A stretch of 64,000 nucleotides of DNA, taken from the NCBI GenBank assembly GCA_026708545.1, contig JAPOUT010000001.1:3410-67409 (forward strand). The letters are read 5' to 3'. Source of the stretch: Hyphomicrobiales bacterium (GTDB taxonomy: Bacteria; Pseudomonadota; Alphaproteobacteria; JAPOUT01). This document shows, in pieces, positions 23,101 through 33,459 of the stretch. A program made the position numbers and the translations under genes. Below the pieces are notes generated by a model. The model saw only the letters and a program-made list of their open reading frames with translations, had not been told where the DNA came from and did not search any database. Positions within the stretch are counted from its first letter, which is position 1, and each line of letters begins with the position of its first letter.

Positions 23101-23755
23101 AGCCATGAGCCTGCGGACTGCGCGGGAAAGCAATCGACACAGCGCAATCCTGGCAGGCGTGGTCACCGGCGTCAAAGAACGAAAGTCGTCAAAAGGAAGC
23201 CGCTACGCTTTTGTCGCGCTCTCGGATCCCACCAGCGAGTTCGAGGGCATCATATTCTCCGAGGCCCTCACGCAGTCGCGTCCGCTTCTGGAAGTCGGAC
23301 GCCTGGTTGTTGCCCACATCGAGTTCCAATCCGGCGAAGACGTAGGCGACACCCGAGTGCGTATTTCCAATATCGAGGCCCTCGAGACATTTCTCGCGAG
23401 GAAGCCCGCACGGAGGGCGCAACCGGCCCAACCATCCCCGGTGCCGGCCGCGCCCCCGCCGATTCCCTCGGCCCCTCCCTCCTCCCAATCCCTCCCGATT
23501 CTCGAGATTCGGGTAAGTGATTCGCTCGCCCTGCCCCCTCTGCGCCAAAGCCTTGAGGCCGTCCGGCGCGAGAACGGCGCGGAGGACGGGGAAGAGGTCC
23601 TGGTGGTGCTGATTCTGCGCGGGGCGGGCAAGCCCGAGGGTGACGCGCGCCTGCGATTGGGCGGACATTTCACCCTCGACAAGGCCGCGCGCGAGCATAT
23701 CGAATCCCTGGCAGGCATCGAATCCGTCGCCGCCGCGCGCACCCCGCACGAATAA
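20189..23755 (+). CDS. dnaE: DNA polymerase III subunit alpha
   Basis: 1188 aa. N-terminal PHP domain (MSFVHLHTYTAYSLLESA), polymerase core and OB-fold regions. Confidence 0.95.
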   Translation: MSFVHLHTYTAYSLLESALRIERLAEFCRTHKSPALAVTDRGNMFGALEFSEALAKEGVQPIIGVTLPVHPDPSQDNAQTNLAFRLPHILLLAKDEQGYQNLMKVVSEIHLRPRALVNEDNRNSPSIHEPHAHLGMLENHAEGLICLTGGNEGLLEHFLIQGQDARAKEALIKLKEIFPERLYVELQRHNLEHEHQSEARQIALAYELELPLVATNAARFHERGDFPAYEVLCCIEQGIRIDQPNRRKSTEEHYLKPPGEMHKLFADIPEALDNSIEIARRCSYRPTPREAILPRFPDAEKSEAEELCSRAREGLRMRFESINLAGTKEEYEQRLEHELDVITKMNYPGYFLVVADFIQWARAEKIPVGPGRGSGAGSLVAYALTITDIDPLRFGLLFERFLNSERISMPDFDIDFCPNRRDEVINYVCEKYGGDRVAQIITFGTLQARAVLRDVGRVLGVPYGQVDRLCKLVPYTPTNPTSLGQAIRETQQLADAREQDETVAHMMDVAIQLEGLYRHASTHAAGIVISNKPLNELVPLYRDSRSEMPVTQFSMKWVESAGLVKFDFLGLKTLSIIDLAATNVNAPRNMPLDDEKTFEMLRRGDTMGVFQVEGQGMSDTLRSMGADRIEDLIALIALYRPGPMDNIPIFIKCKQGKETPDYIHDTIRPVLEETYGVIVYQEQVMKIAQILADYSLNEADILRRAMGKKIRSEMEQQKQRFVEAVLSKDIDRKRAEHIFQLVNKFADYGFNKSHAAAYAMLVYQTAYLKAHYPAPFLAACMSWDMSNTDRIRDLRGEAEHINITLQAPCVNRSGEVFAIDDDGSILYALSAVRNIGRRAARHIAKVREEGGNFRDLFDFARRVSPRQMPKRAWEFLIKAGAFDALEPNRNRILQESDRLISISARELTEQEDAQDNLFGGGNSNATLQDAPLKDAPMWEDIERLRHEFEAIGFHLSGHPLDPYREDLANAGAMSLRTARESNRHSAILAGVVTGVKERKSSKGSRYAFVALSDPTSEFEGIIFSEALTQSRPLLEVGRLVVAHIEFQSGEDVGDTRVRISNIEALETFLARKPARRAQPAQPSPVPAAPPPIPSAPPSSQSLPILEIRVSDSLALPPLRQSLEAVRRENGAEDGEEVLVVLILRGAGKPEGDARLRLGGHFTLDKAAREHIESLAGIESVAAARTPHE

Positions 23756-23759
23756 ACCC

Positions 23760-23787
23760 TTGAAAAAATCCTCACACCCGGTATATT
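23760..23787 (+). promoter_or_regulatory. putative sigma70-type promoter of the rpsB-tsf cluster (TTGAAA-16-TATATT)
   Basis: Hexamers read directly, about 140 nt upstream of rpsB; an AAGGAA Shine-Dalgarno sits at 23911. Confidence 0.35.
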
Positions 23788-23925
23788 CCGAGTATCTCCC
23801 GGTGCCGGATTGAAATGGTCGGGAGGGCTTTGTGCGTGCGCACGATTCCCTTCCGTGGTTTTCATGCGCCCGTTTCCATGCGGCCGGTATGCGGGAGCGG
23901 TCAAACGCATAAGGAACCCACAGCG

Positions 23926-24801
23926 ATGGCGATCCCCGATTTCACCATGCGCGAACTGCTTGATGCCGGAGTGCATTTCGGACACCAACGACACAGATGG
24001 AATCCGAAAATGGATCCCTATCTGTTTGGCGTGCGCAACAACGTTCACATCATTGATCTCACCCACACAATGCCGTTGCTCCACCGGGCGCTCGCCGTTG
24101 CACGGGAAACAACCCGGGAAGGCGGACGCATCCTTTTCGTCGGAACGAAAACGGCCGCGGGAAAGCCTTTGAGCGAAGCGGCACAAGCGTGCGCGCAATA
24201 CTACATCGACTACCGCTGGCTCGGCGGAACGCTTACCAACTGGCAGACCATCAGCAACTCGATAAAACGTTTGGGCCACTTGGAAGATGTTCTTGCCGAG
24301 GAAGAGGCATCGGGCTTGAGCAAGAAAGAACGGTTGAAACTCACGCGTGAACGCAACAAATTGAACAGGGCCCTGGGCGGTATCAAGGGCATGGGCGACC
24401 TCCCCGATTTGATGTTCGTCATCGACACAAATAAAGAGTCCATCGCCGTTCGCGAAGCGCAGCAGTTGGGGATACCCGTAATGGCGGTACTGGATTCCAA
24501 CAGCAACCCCGACGACATCGCTTATCCGATTCCGGGAAACGACGACGGGGCGCGGGCGATACTGCTCTATTGCAAATTGATTTCGGCGGCGGCATTGGAC
24601 GGGGTCTCGGAGTACCAGGAAAACGCGGCCTTTGAGGCAGACGAGGCGGACAACGCCGAAGCCCTGGTTGAAGCGGCGGAAGAGGGCACTCCCGCAAAAG
24701 AGAACGCTTCCGCAGAAGTTGAAACACCTGCCGAGGCGGCATCCGAGGACCCGGAAGCAAAACCGGAAGAGTCAAAAACAGAACCGGAGGAAACCCCGTG
24801 A
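23926..24801 (+). CDS. rpsB: 30S ribosomal protein S2 with an acidic C-terminal extension
   Basis: Begins [27 protein letters not shown]; preceded by a Shine-Dalgarno sequence. Confidence 0.9.
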   Translation: MAIPDFTMRELLDAGVHFGHQRHRWNPKMDPYLFGVRNNVHIIDLTHTMPLLHRALAVARETTREGGRILFVGTKTAAGKPLSEAAQACAQYYIDYRWLGGTLTNWQTISNSIKRLGHLEDVLAEEEASGLSKKERLKLTRERNKLNRALGGIKGMGDLPDLMFVIDTNKESIAVREAQQLGIPVMAVLDSNSNPDDIAYPIPGNDDGARAILLYCKLISAAALDGVSEYQENAAFEADEADNAEALVEAAEEGTPAKENASAEVETPAEAASEDPEAKPEESKTEPEETP

Positions 24802-25553
24802 GCGAAATATCCGCATCCGACGTAATGGCACTGCGCCAGAAGACGGGAGCCGGCGTGGTTCAATGTCGAAACGCATTGCAAGCTTGCAACGGGGATGTCG
24901 CGCGTGCCGAAGAGCAGTTGCGCGCCGAATCGCGCGAACGCGCCGGCGCGAAGATGGGACGCGAAGCCGGCGAAGGAGGCATTGCCCTTGCGATAGACGG
25001 TCTGCGCGGCGCGCTGGTCGAGATCAACACCGAAACCGATTTCGCCGCCCGCACCAAGGAATTCTGCGCATTGGCACGGGATGTCGCCGAACTCGCTCTT
25101 GAACAGGGCGGTGATGTCAACGCGTTGTTGTCGGCGAACTATCCCGGCGCGGGCGTGAACGTCAAAGAACAAATACAAGAGATTGCCGGCGGAACCATTC
25201 GCGAAAACCTCCGACTGCGGCGCTCGGGCGTGCTGCGCGCCTCAAGCGGTGCGGTGGTCGGTTACGTGCACAATAAAATCAACGACGACATTGGCAGGCT
25301 TGCGGCGTTGGTCGCGGTCGAATCGTCCGCACCGCCCGAATCGCTTGCAACCATCGGCAAGCAACTCGCCATGCACGTTGCGGCGAACGCCCCGCGCAAT
25401 GTCGAGGAAATGGCAAACCAGGACTTTGTTATGAATGCGAAGATATCGGTCGCCAAAGCACTCGGGGACGCCTCCGGGGATATCGGCGCCGAGGTGCAAT
25501 TGTCCGGATTTTTGCGCTTCGCGCTCGCCGAACCTATTGACGACGACTCTTAA
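24798..25553 (+). CDS. tsf: elongation factor Ts
   Basis: Begins ...[11 protein letters not shown].. with a UBA-like N-terminus, and has TDFAAR. At 251 aa it is somewhat short for EF-Ts. Confidence 0.85.
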   Translation: MSEISASDVMALRQKTGAGVVQCRNALQACNGDVARAEEQLRAESRERAGAKMGREAGEGGIALAIDGLRGALVEINTETDFAARTKEFCALARDVAELALEQGGDVNALLSANYPGAGVNVKEQIQEIAGGTIRENLRLRRSGVLRASSGAVVGYVHNKINDDIGRLAALVAVESSAPPESLATIGKQLAMHVAANAPRNVEEMANQDFVMNAKISVAKALGDASGDIGAEVQLSGFLRFALAEPIDDDS

Positions 25554-25563
25554 ACAAAAAACA

Positions 25564-26313
25564 ATGCCTCCCTACGCACGCGTGTTGCTGAAACTCTCGG
25601 GCGAGAGTCTTGCCGGCGGACGCGACCTCGGAATCGACACCGATGCCCTTGAACGCATTGCCGAAGACATCGTCGAAGCATCCAAAGTAGGTGTCACCTT
25701 TGGCATCGTCATCGGCGGGGGAAATTTCTTCCGCGGCGTCTCAGGTGGGAAGTTCTCCATGGAACAACCCCAAGCCGATGCCGTCGGCATGCTGGCAACC
25801 TGCATGAACGGCGTGTTTCTAGCGGCGGCATTGCGGCGGGCAGGGCGGGCAGCCCATGTGTTTTCAGCCATGCCCATCGGCGATATGGGAGGATTCTGCC
25901 GCCCCTACACGCGCGGCGAAGCGTTGCAATGTCTGCAAGAGGAAAGCGTCGCCATCTTCGTCGGCGGGACGGGCCACCCCTACTTCACCACAGATACCGC
26001 CGCAGCCTTGCGCGCAGCCGAGATGAATTGCAACGCCCTCTTCAAAGCCACCAAAGTCGACGGCGTCTACGCCGCCGACCCAAAAGCATCGGCAGGTGGA
26101 GGCGCGCGCTTCGACCACATTTCCTACGACGAGTCCCTCGCGCGGGGCCTGCGCTTCATGGATGCCACCGCCTTGGCGTTGGCACGCGACACCGGCATGC
26201 CTATATTATTGTTTTCAATCGAGGAGAGGGGCAATCTCGCCCGGGTGTCGGGCGGCGGAGGCGTTTTCACGCGTATTGACTCGAACGGCGGGCGTGCCGA
26301 ATCCCTCGATTAA
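25564..26313 (+). CDS. pyrH: UMP kinase
   Basis: Begins LLKLSGESLAG; has GGGNFFRG and GTGHPYFTTDTAAALRAAE. Confidence 0.9.
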   Translation: MPPYARVLLKLSGESLAGGRDLGIDTDALERIAEDIVEASKVGVTFGIVIGGGNFFRGVSGGKFSMEQPQADAVGMLATCMNGVFLAAALRRAGRAAHVFSAMPIGDMGGFCRPYTRGEALQCLQEESVAIFVGGTGHPYFTTDTAAALRAAEMNCNALFKATKVDGVYAADPKASAGGGARFDHISYDESLARGLRFMDATALALARDTGMPILLFSIEERGNLARVSGGGGVFTRIDSNGGRAESLD

Positions 26314-26364
26314 TGCTATAATGGCCGCCAGCGGGGAGAATGATAAGGTAGAGTCGGAGACAAA

Positions 26365-26928
26365 ATGAGCGAGAATGTTTTTAGCATTGATGATTTGAAA
26401 CGCCGGATGGAAGGCGGCTTGGCGTCTTTGCGCTCCGAGTTCAACGGGCTTCGAACCGGGCGCGCGAATGCGGGAATGCTGGAATCCGTGCGTGTTGAAG
26501 CCTACGGACAATCCATGCCGCTGGACCAAATGGCAAGCATCTCCGTTCCGGACGCCCGGACCCTGAGCGTGCAAGTCTGGGACCGCGAGCAAGTCGCCGC
26601 GGTGGAGAAGGCGATCATCAGCGCGGATTTAGGAGTCAATCCGCAGACCGAAGGACAAGTGCTGCGCATCCCGGTTCCGCCTTTAAGCGAAGAACGGCGC
26701 AAGGAACTTTCACGCCTGGCCGCCAAATACGCCGAGCAGGCCCGCATTGCCATTCGAAACGTCCGGCGCGACGGGATGGAGCAATTGCGCGCATCCGAAA
26801 AGAAAGGCGAGATCAGCCAAGACGAACACCGATCCCGCTCGAACGAGATTCAGAAACTCACCGACCTCCACGTCTCCCGCATCGACGAAACCCTCGCGAT
26901 CAAGGAACGTGAGGTCATGCAAGTTTAA
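26365..26928 (+). CDS. frr: ribosome recycling factor
   Basis: 187 aa with frr motifs (LRTGRANAGMLE, IRNVRRD). Confidence 0.9.
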   Translation: MSENVFSIDDLKRRMEGGLASLRSEFNGLRTGRANAGMLESVRVEAYGQSMPLDQMASISVPDARTLSVQVWDREQVAAVEKAIISADLGVNPQTEGQVLRIPVPPLSEERRKELSRLAAKYAEQARIAIRNVRRDGMEQLRASEKKGEISQDEHRSRSNEIQKLTDLHVSRIDETLAIKEREVMQV

Positions 26929-26946
26929 TATTGTCGTGGGTGGCGC

Positions 26947-27732
26947 ATGAACCTTAGGCGCGCACGTTCGTTTTTTGACACGGTTGAGTCACACACCAAG
27001 GTGTGCGGGAATCAGACCGTACCCCATCACATCGCCTTCACTATGGACGGCAACCGCCGGTGGGCACGGGCAAACGGCGTCCCGGCGCTTCGGGGACATC
27101 GGCAAGGCGCGCTCGCCCTGCGCCGCACCATTGATGCCGCCATCAGTGAAAACGTCCCGTGGCTGACCTTCTATGCCTTCAGCACGGAGAATTGGAATCG
27201 CGCGCCCGACGAGGTCGACGCGCTGATGGGGCTGGCACGAAACTTCTCCGGCGAACATCTCGAAGAACTTCACCGCAAAGGTGCGCACGTGCGGGTGCTC
27301 GGCGAACGTCACGGTCTTGATGCCAAGTTGATCGAGAGTATTGAGGAAGCCGAATCGCTCACAAGAGACAATGATGTCGTCCACATCAATTTGGCGTTCA
27401 ACTATTCCGGACGCTACGACCTTACCCGCGCCGTCAAGCAAATAGCGCGCAAGATTGCCGATGGCCGGATGGATCCCGAAGAGGTCAACACCTCCGAGAT
27501 TGGCGCGCATTTATCGACCGCGGGAATGCCGCCGCCGGACTTGTTAATTCGAACCGGCGGCGAACAGCGCCTGAGCAATTTTCTCCTTTGGGAGAGCGCC
27601 TATTCGGAACTTCTGTTCCTGGACGTGTTGTGGCCTGATTTTGGCGCGGAAGCGTTGCGCGAGGCCATGGAAATATTTCGGCAGCGCACCTCGCGCGCAG
27701 GAACCTACCCCAACAGGGCGGCGGGAGCATGA
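26947..27732 (+). CDS. uppS: isoprenyl transferase (undecaprenyl diphosphate synthase)
   Basis: Motifs HIAFTMDGNRRWA, LTFYAFSTENWNR and RTGGEQRLSNFLLWE. Confidence 0.85.
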   Translation: MNLRRARSFFDTVESHTKVCGNQTVPHHIAFTMDGNRRWARANGVPALRGHRQGALALRRTIDAAISENVPWLTFYAFSTENWNRAPDEVDALMGLARNFSGEHLEELHRKGAHVRVLGERHGLDAKLIESIEEAESLTRDNDVVHINLAFNYSGRYDLTRAVKQIARKIADGRMDPEEVNTSEIGAHLSTAGMPPPDLLIRTGGEQRLSNFLLWESAYSELLFLDVLWPDFGAEALREAMEIFRQRTSRAGTYPNRAAGA

Positions 27733-28601
27733 AACCGACAAAAGAACTCCCTTTGCGCCTGATGACCACGATCATTGCACTGGCAGTCGTGCTGGCATGC
27801 TTGTGGCGTGGCGGATTATTTTGGCTCGGACTGCTCTCGCTGGTCGGAATAGTGGCGGCGGCGGAATTGTGGCGGCTGGATAAAACAAACTGGCGCAGCC
27901 TCGAAGGACTTGTGTGCATCGTTGCGTTGCCTATATTGCTGCTGACCTTCGCATGGGGCTGGTTTGAAATCGGCGCCGCGCTTCTGGCGTCGACATGCCT
28001 GCTGGCAACATACGCGCGGGCGCAAAAATCCGGCGGACTTGTGTTTCCCCTATTGTTGCTACCGGTGCTTTTGGGAGGTTTGATGCTTGCGGCGCATCTG
28101 GGCGTTACGGGATGGGCTGCCGCCGGCATGATAATCCTGTTATGGTTGCTGGCGGTGATTGTCGCCGCCGACAGCGGGGCCTTCTGTTGCGGGCGCGTCA
28201 TCAAGGGGCCTCGCATGGCCGTAAAAATCTCTCCCAACAAAACCTGGGCAGGATTCGCCGGCGCGGTTGTCTTCGGCGGTGTTGTCGGGGGGATTGCGGG
28301 CATCGAGTGCGCAAAAATTCTTCAGTTCGACACCAGCATCATCGCGCTCGCAATTTTGGGAGCCGTCACGGCGGCGGTTTCGCAGGGGGGGGATTTATGC
28401 GAGTCTTTTCTCAAACGTCGCATCGGGGTAAAAGACTCCGGCAAGCTCCTGCCCGGACATGGCGGCGTGCTTGATCGCATCGATTCGCTTCTTATCGGTC
28501 TGTGGTTTGTCGTGCTGTTCGGATTAATGCGTGAACAACCTCAAAGCATCGAGAGTCTTAATGCCGAAACCGTCGCGCAAGGCATTTTCTTATGGATGTA
28601 A
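27729..28601 (+). CDS. cdsA: phosphatidate cytidylyltransferase
   Basis: Polytopic membrane protein with the CTP-transferase motif SFLKRRIGVKDSGKLLPGHGGVLDRIDS. Confidence 0.85.
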   Translation: MKPTKELPLRLMTTIIALAVVLACLWRGGLFWLGLLSLVGIVAAAELWRLDKTNWRSLEGLVCIVALPILLLTFAWGWFEIGAALLASTCLLATYARAQKSGGLVFPLLLLPVLLGGLMLAAHLGVTGWAAAGMIILLWLLAVIVAADSGAFCCGRVIKGPRMAVKISPNKTWAGFAGAVVFGGVVGGIAGIECAKILQFDTSIIALAILGAVTAAVSQGGDLCESFLKRRIGVKDSGKLLPGHGGVLDRIDSLLIGLWFVVLFGLMREQPQSIESLNAETVAQGIFLWM

Positions 28602-29842
28602 TTAAGTCTCGACGAGTGAGCGTGTTCGGCTCGACCGGTTCCATCGGCCGCAACACCATCGAACTGCTCGAAGCGCGCGCGGACGAGTTTCAGGTTGAAG
28701 TTCTAACGGCGCACTCGAACATTGAACTGTTATGCGAGCAAGCCGTACGGTTGAATGCAAAAACGGCGGTCATCGGAGATGAAACGCTTTTCCCCGAACT
28801 CAAAGAGCGACTCCGTGGTACCGGCATCACCTGCGCGGCGGGAGCATCGGGATTGCTCGAAGCCGCCGCGCGCCCGGTCGATTGGACAATGGTCGCCATC
28901 GTCGGAATGGACTGTCTCAAACCTGCCCTCGAGATCGTCGCGCAGGGGGGATGCGTCGCCATGGCGAACAAGGAATGTCTTGCCGCCGCCGGAAAACTCT
29001 TCATGGAAGCGGCGCAACGCTCCCGTGCGCGACTGTTACCGGTGGACTCCGAACACAATGCCATCTTCCAACTGTTCGATCCCGAACGCGCCGAATGGAT
29101 TGATTACATCACCCTTACCGCATCGGGCGGACCCTTCCGCAACAATACGCTTGACGAACTCGAAAACGTCACTCCCGCCCAAGCGCTTCAACATCCTACT
29201 TGGAGCATGGGAGCAAAAATCTCCATCGATTCGGCAACACTGATGAATAAGGGGCTCGAACTCATCGAAGCCCATTGGCTCTTTCCCGTCGGACACGAAA
29301 AATTTCGCGTTATGCTTCATCCCCAGTCCGTTGTACATGCGATGGTCGCCTACGTTGACGGCTCCGTCATGGCACATATGTCCGCACCCGACATGCGCGT
29401 TCCCATCGCTCATGCACTCGCATACCCCGAGCGAATGCGCGCGGGCACCGCGAGTTTCGACCTCGCAAAAATCGGCGCCCTCGACTTCGAGCCCGCCTGC
29501 GAGAAGCGTTTTCCCGCATTGCGCCTCGCCCGCACGGCCCTCGAGCGGGATGACGGCTCCGCAACCGTGCTCAACGCCGCCAACGAGGTCGCCGTGGCCG
29601 CGTTTTTGGAATTACGGCTGCGCTTCACTGACATCCTCCCCGCCATCGAAGGCGTCCTCGAGGAGATGGCGGCAGCACCCGGCGCCCTCGGGACACCGCA
29701 GAATTTTGACGACGTCTTCGAGCTTGACCGGCTCGCCCGGCGCAAAACCCTCGAGAACATCAACAGGCGCGCCCGTAGCCGCCGGAATCTCCCGCATACC
29801 CCCGCCGGCGTGCCAAACCCACATATGGAAAAGATTGCGTAA
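28592..29842 (+). CDS. dxr: 1-deoxy-D-xylulose 5-phosphate reductoisomerase
   Basis: N-terminal VFGSTGSIG NADPH fold; overall length and neighbours fit. Confidence 0.9.
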   Translation: MDVIKSRRVSVFGSTGSIGRNTIELLEARADEFQVEVLTAHSNIELLCEQAVRLNAKTAVIGDETLFPELKERLRGTGITCAAGASGLLEAAARPVDWTMVAIVGMDCLKPALEIVAQGGCVAMANKECLAAAGKLFMEAAQRSRARLLPVDSEHNAIFQLFDPERAEWIDYITLTASGGPFRNNTLDELENVTPAQALQHPTWSMGAKISIDSATLMNKGLELIEAHWLFPVGHEKFRVMLHPQSVVHAMVAYVDGSVMAHMSAPDMRVPIAHALAYPERMRAGTASFDLAKIGALDFEPACEKRFPALRLARTALERDDGSATVLNAANEVAVAAFLELRLRFTDILPAIEGVLEEMAAAPGALGTPQNFDDVFELDRLARRKTLENINRRARSRRNLPHTPAGVPNPHMEKIA

Positions 29843-29915
29843 AACCGCAATCATGCTATTATGCCGGAAGTCTCGATGAAACGAGGCTTTCGAAATGAAG
29901 ATTAGGTAGACAAAA

Positions 29916-31079
29916 ATGGAAATGCTCGCTGGTTTTTTCGGGTTTCTCTCCTCGAGTGCCGGGTACATCCTGCCCTTTCTGTTCGTGCTGACGGTTGTGG
30001 TGTTTTTCCACGAACTTGGGCATTTTGCCGTCGCGCGCTGGAACGGCGTGCGCGTCGAAACCTTTTCGGTGGGATTCGGTTCCGAAATCTTCGGTTACAC
30101 CGACAAACACGGCACCCGCTGGAAATTCTCCTGGATACCCCTGGGCGGATATGTTCGCTTCCATGGCGACGCCAACGTTGCAAGCACTCCCGACAACTCG
30201 AGTCTTGACGAAGACGACGAGGGTAATTTCCATACAAAGTCCGTGGGTGCCCGCATGGCGGTCGCGGCCGCGGGACCGATTGCGAATTTCATTCTCGCGA
30301 TTGTTATCTTTGCGACGCTCGCTTTCTTTTTCGGAGAATATTCAAGACCGCCGCGCATTGACGAAGTGCGTCCCGACAGCGCCGCCGAACAAGCCGGACT
30401 GCTTGCCGGCGACATCGTTCGCGCTATTGACGGCGTCGAAATCGAATCCTTCCAGGACATTCGCGAGGAAGTCTTGCGCCATCCCGACGAATCACTCGAA
30501 TTCACCATTGACCGCGGCGGCGACTTTCTCATCCTTGCGGTCACGCCGAGATGGGAGACCGTCACCGACCTGTTCGGAAACGAAACCCGCGCCGGTGTTC
30601 TAGGAGTCCTCCAGCACGCCGGAACGCAGGACGAAGAGATTCGCCATGTTGAATACGGAATTATCGGCGCGATAGGGCAGGGAATCTCGCGCACCTACGC
30701 CATCACGCGCGATACCCTCGGTTACATCGGACAGATGATCACCGGTCAGCGCAACGCCGACCAGCTGGGCGGCCCCATCCGCATCGCGCAGATATCGGGG
30801 CAAACGGCGGAAATCGGGTGGCTTGCGCTCATCCAGTTAACCGCGCTGTTGTCGGTGAGCATCGGGCTTATCAACCTGTTTCCCATCCCCCTTCTCGACG
30901 GCGGGCATCTGTTGTATTATTCCATTGAGGGGTTGCTCGGAAGACCTCTCGCGCAACGTTACCAGAATGCCGGATTCCATCTCGGCTTAGCTTTTGTCAT
31001 TTTACTCATGGTGTTTGTTACATGGAACGACTTGCGCCACCTCAAACTGTTTACGTACCTTCGTGACGTGCTAAGTTAG
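29916..31079 (+). CDS. rseP: RIP zinc metalloprotease RseP
   Basis: HELGH zinc site, PDZ region, and C-terminal LDGGH motif. Confidence 0.85.
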   Translation: MEMLAGFFGFLSSSAGYILPFLFVLTVVVFFHELGHFAVARWNGVRVETFSVGFGSEIFGYTDKHGTRWKFSWIPLGGYVRFHGDANVASTPDNSSLDEDDEGNFHTKSVGARMAVAAAGPIANFILAIVIFATLAFFFGEYSRPPRIDEVRPDSAAEQAGLLAGDIVRAIDGVEIESFQDIREEVLRHPDESLEFTIDRGGDFLILAVTPRWETVTDLFGNETRAGVLGVLQHAGTQDEEIRHVEYGIIGAIGQGISRTYAITRDTLGYIGQMITGQRNADQLGGPIRIAQISGQTAEIGWLALIQLTALLSVSIGLINLFPIPLLDGGHLLYYSIEGLLGRPLAQRYQNAGFHLGLAFVILLMVFVTWNDLRHLKLFTYLRDVLS

Positions 31080-31095
31080 AAAAAAGGAGAGCCAA

Positions 31096-33441
31096 GTGTA
31101 TTTACGCAAGATTGCAGTCTTCGCGGCATGTTTGATGCTTGCTGTCGCGTATTCCTCCAACAAAGAGGCCCAAGCACAAAGCGGCGCGATTATTGAAGAG
31201 ATTGCCATCTCCGGAAATCTGCGCGTTGACGCCGAAACGGTTTTGTCTTATTTGCCGTTAAGCGTGGGCGACGAGTTCGATCCCGCCGCGTTGGATTCGG
31301 CGCTCAAGGCGCTGTATGCGACGGGACTGTTCTCGGATGTGGAAATTTCCGAGGAAGGCGCACGCCTTGTCGTCGTGGTGCAGGAGAATCCGATTATCAA
31401 CCGCATCGCCTTCGAGGGCAACGACATCATCGACGATGAAACCCTGCGCACGGAAACGCTCCTGCGCGAGCGGGCTACTTTTAACCGCACGCAGGTGCAA
31501 GCAGACACCAAGCGAATCATCGATCTCTACCGTCGACAGGGACGTTTCGCCGCACGGGTCGAGCCCAAGGCCATCAATCTTGAGCAGAACCGCATTGATC
31601 TTGTCTATGAGATCTTCGAAGGACCCGTGACCGGCATCCGAGCCATCAACTTCATCGGCAACGACGTGTTCAGCGATTCGGAATTAAAAGAGGTTATTTC
31701 CACCGAGGAGAGTAACTGGTGGAACTTTTTCGTAACCGGCGACAACTACGATCCCGACCGCCTTGCCCTCGACCGTGAACTGCTGCGGCAATTCTACCTC
31801 AACAATAGTTACGCCGACATTCGGATTATCTCGGGTGTCGCCGAACTCACGCCGGACGGAAGCGATTTCTTCATCACTTTTACCCTGGAAGAAGGCGTTC
31901 CGTACAACTTCGGTGACATCGAAATCGCCACGGATGTTGCGCGTCTTGATACCGAGCAATTCCTCTCGCTGATTGAGTTTGAAACCGGCGACCCCTACGA
32001 GGCCGGCGCACTTGAAGCAGTCATCAGCGACATCATTTTGCTGCTGGGCGAGGAAGGTTTCGTCTTTGCGGATGTGCGTCCGCAAGTTCGACGCAACCAG
32101 GAAACGCAAACCGTTGACGTCGTCTTTCGCATCGAAGAAGGCCAGCGCGTTTATGTTGAGCGCATCAATATCACCGGAAATTCGCGCACGCTTGACGAGG
32201 TCATCCGCCGCGAAATCGAACTGGTCGAAAAAGACGCTTTCAACCGGGCACTGCGCGCACGCTCCGAGCGTAATATACGTGGACTCGGCTACTTTGCCTC
32301 TGTCGAGGTTGTCGAACGTGAAGGCTCGGCATCCGACCTTTCCATTCTCGACTTCAATGTCGTCGAGCGCGCCACCGGCGAACTTTCTTTTGGTATCGGC
32401 TTTTCATCGGTCGACAATCTCGTGGGTGACATCTCGCTGACCGAGCGTAACTTTCGCGGGCGTGGACAGACCGTACAAACACGCTTCGCCTATGGAGAAA
32501 ACCGCCAAACCCTTGATCTCCGCTTTACCGAACCGCGATTCCTTGGACGCCAGCTCTCCGCCGGTATTGATTTGTTTGGCACCGAAACCGATTTCCAAAG
32601 CGAATCGTCCTTTGACGAGCGCACCCTTGGTGTCGGTGTCCGGCTGGGGTTTCCGCTTGGCGCCGACTGGTACCTGACCTCGCGTTATCGTTACCTTGAC
32701 GAAAGCGTTGACAATGTCGCCTCCGATGCCTCGGCCATCGTTCAAGATGCCCAGGGAGATCACACGCGCTCGCTACTGGGTTATACGATTTCCACCGACC
32801 GCCGCGACGACCCCATCAACCCCTCCGAAGGCTGGTATTTTTCCTTCGACCAAGACGCCTCCCTGCCGCCGGGCAGCGTGAACTTCACCAAGCAGGAGTT
32901 TCGCTACCAGTATTTTCACGAGTTTACCGAGAATTGGGTTGGGACATTCCGCTTGACCGGAGGTTACGTACACGGGCTTGGTGAAGATGTCCGCCTTAAC
33001 GACCGCTTCTTCAAGGGAGGCACTTCTTTTCGCGGATTCGAACGAGCGGGTGTCGGTCCGCGCGACCTCCGAACCGATGACGCCATCGGCGCACAGGCCT
33101 TTGCCATCGGAACGGTCGCGCTTGTCATGCCGTTGCCTTTCATCCCCGAGGAACTCGCGCTTTCGGGCAATATCTTCACCGACTTCGGCTGGATCGGAAT
33201 CACCGACAACGAAGACGAATTCATAGCAGGTACGCGTACAAACGAGGAGGGCGAAACCGTACCCACCCTGACCCCAACCACCCAAATCGAAGACGGTTTC
33301 AAACCGCGCGTGGGTGTCGGTGTCGGCCTCTTCTGGGAGTCGCCCATCGGGCCGGTGCGCTTTGATTTCTCGAGAACCCTTGTCAAAGAGGATTACGACA
33401 AAACCGAACGGTTCCGATTCAGTGCAGGAACGAAATTCTAA
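31096..33441 (+). CDS. bamA: outer membrane protein assembly factor BamA
   Basis: 781 aa with signal peptide, POTRA repeats, and a C-terminal beta-barrel ending in ...GTKF. Confidence 0.9.
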   Translation: MYLRKIAVFAACLMLAVAYSSNKEAQAQSGAIIEEIAISGNLRVDAETVLSYLPLSVGDEFDPAALDSALKALYATGLFSDVEISEEGARLVVVVQENPIINRIAFEGNDIIDDETLRTETLLRERATFNRTQVQADTKRIIDLYRRQGRFAARVEPKAINLEQNRIDLVYEIFEGPVTGIRAINFIGNDVFSDSELKEVISTEESNWWNFFVTGDNYDPDRLALDRELLRQFYLNNSYADIRIISGVAELTPDGSDFFITFTLEEGVPYNFGDIEIATDVARLDTEQFLSLIEFETGDPYEAGALEAVISDIILLLGEEGFVFADVRPQVRRNQETQTVDVVFRIEEGQRVYVERINITGNSRTLDEVIRREIELVEKDAFNRALRARSERNIRGLGYFASVEVVEREGSASDLSILDFNVVERATGELSFGIGFSSVDNLVGDISLTERNFRGRGQTVQTRFAYGENRQTLDLRFTEPRFLGRQLSAGIDLFGTETDFQSESSFDERTLGVGVRLGFPLGADWYLTSRYRYLDESVDNVASDASAIVQDAQGDHTRSLLGYTISTDRRDDPINPSEGWYFSFDQDASLPPGSVNFTKQEFRYQYFHEFTENWVGTFRLTGGYVHGLGEDVRLNDRFFKGGTSFRGFERAGVGPRDLRTDDAIGAQAFAIGTVALVMPLPFIPEELALSGNIFTDFGWIGITDNEDEFIAGTRTNEEGETVPTLTPTTQIEDGFKPRVGVGVGLFWESPIGPVRFDFSRTLVKEDYDKTERFRFSAGTKF

Positions 33442-33459
33442 ATACAACTGGAGAAAATC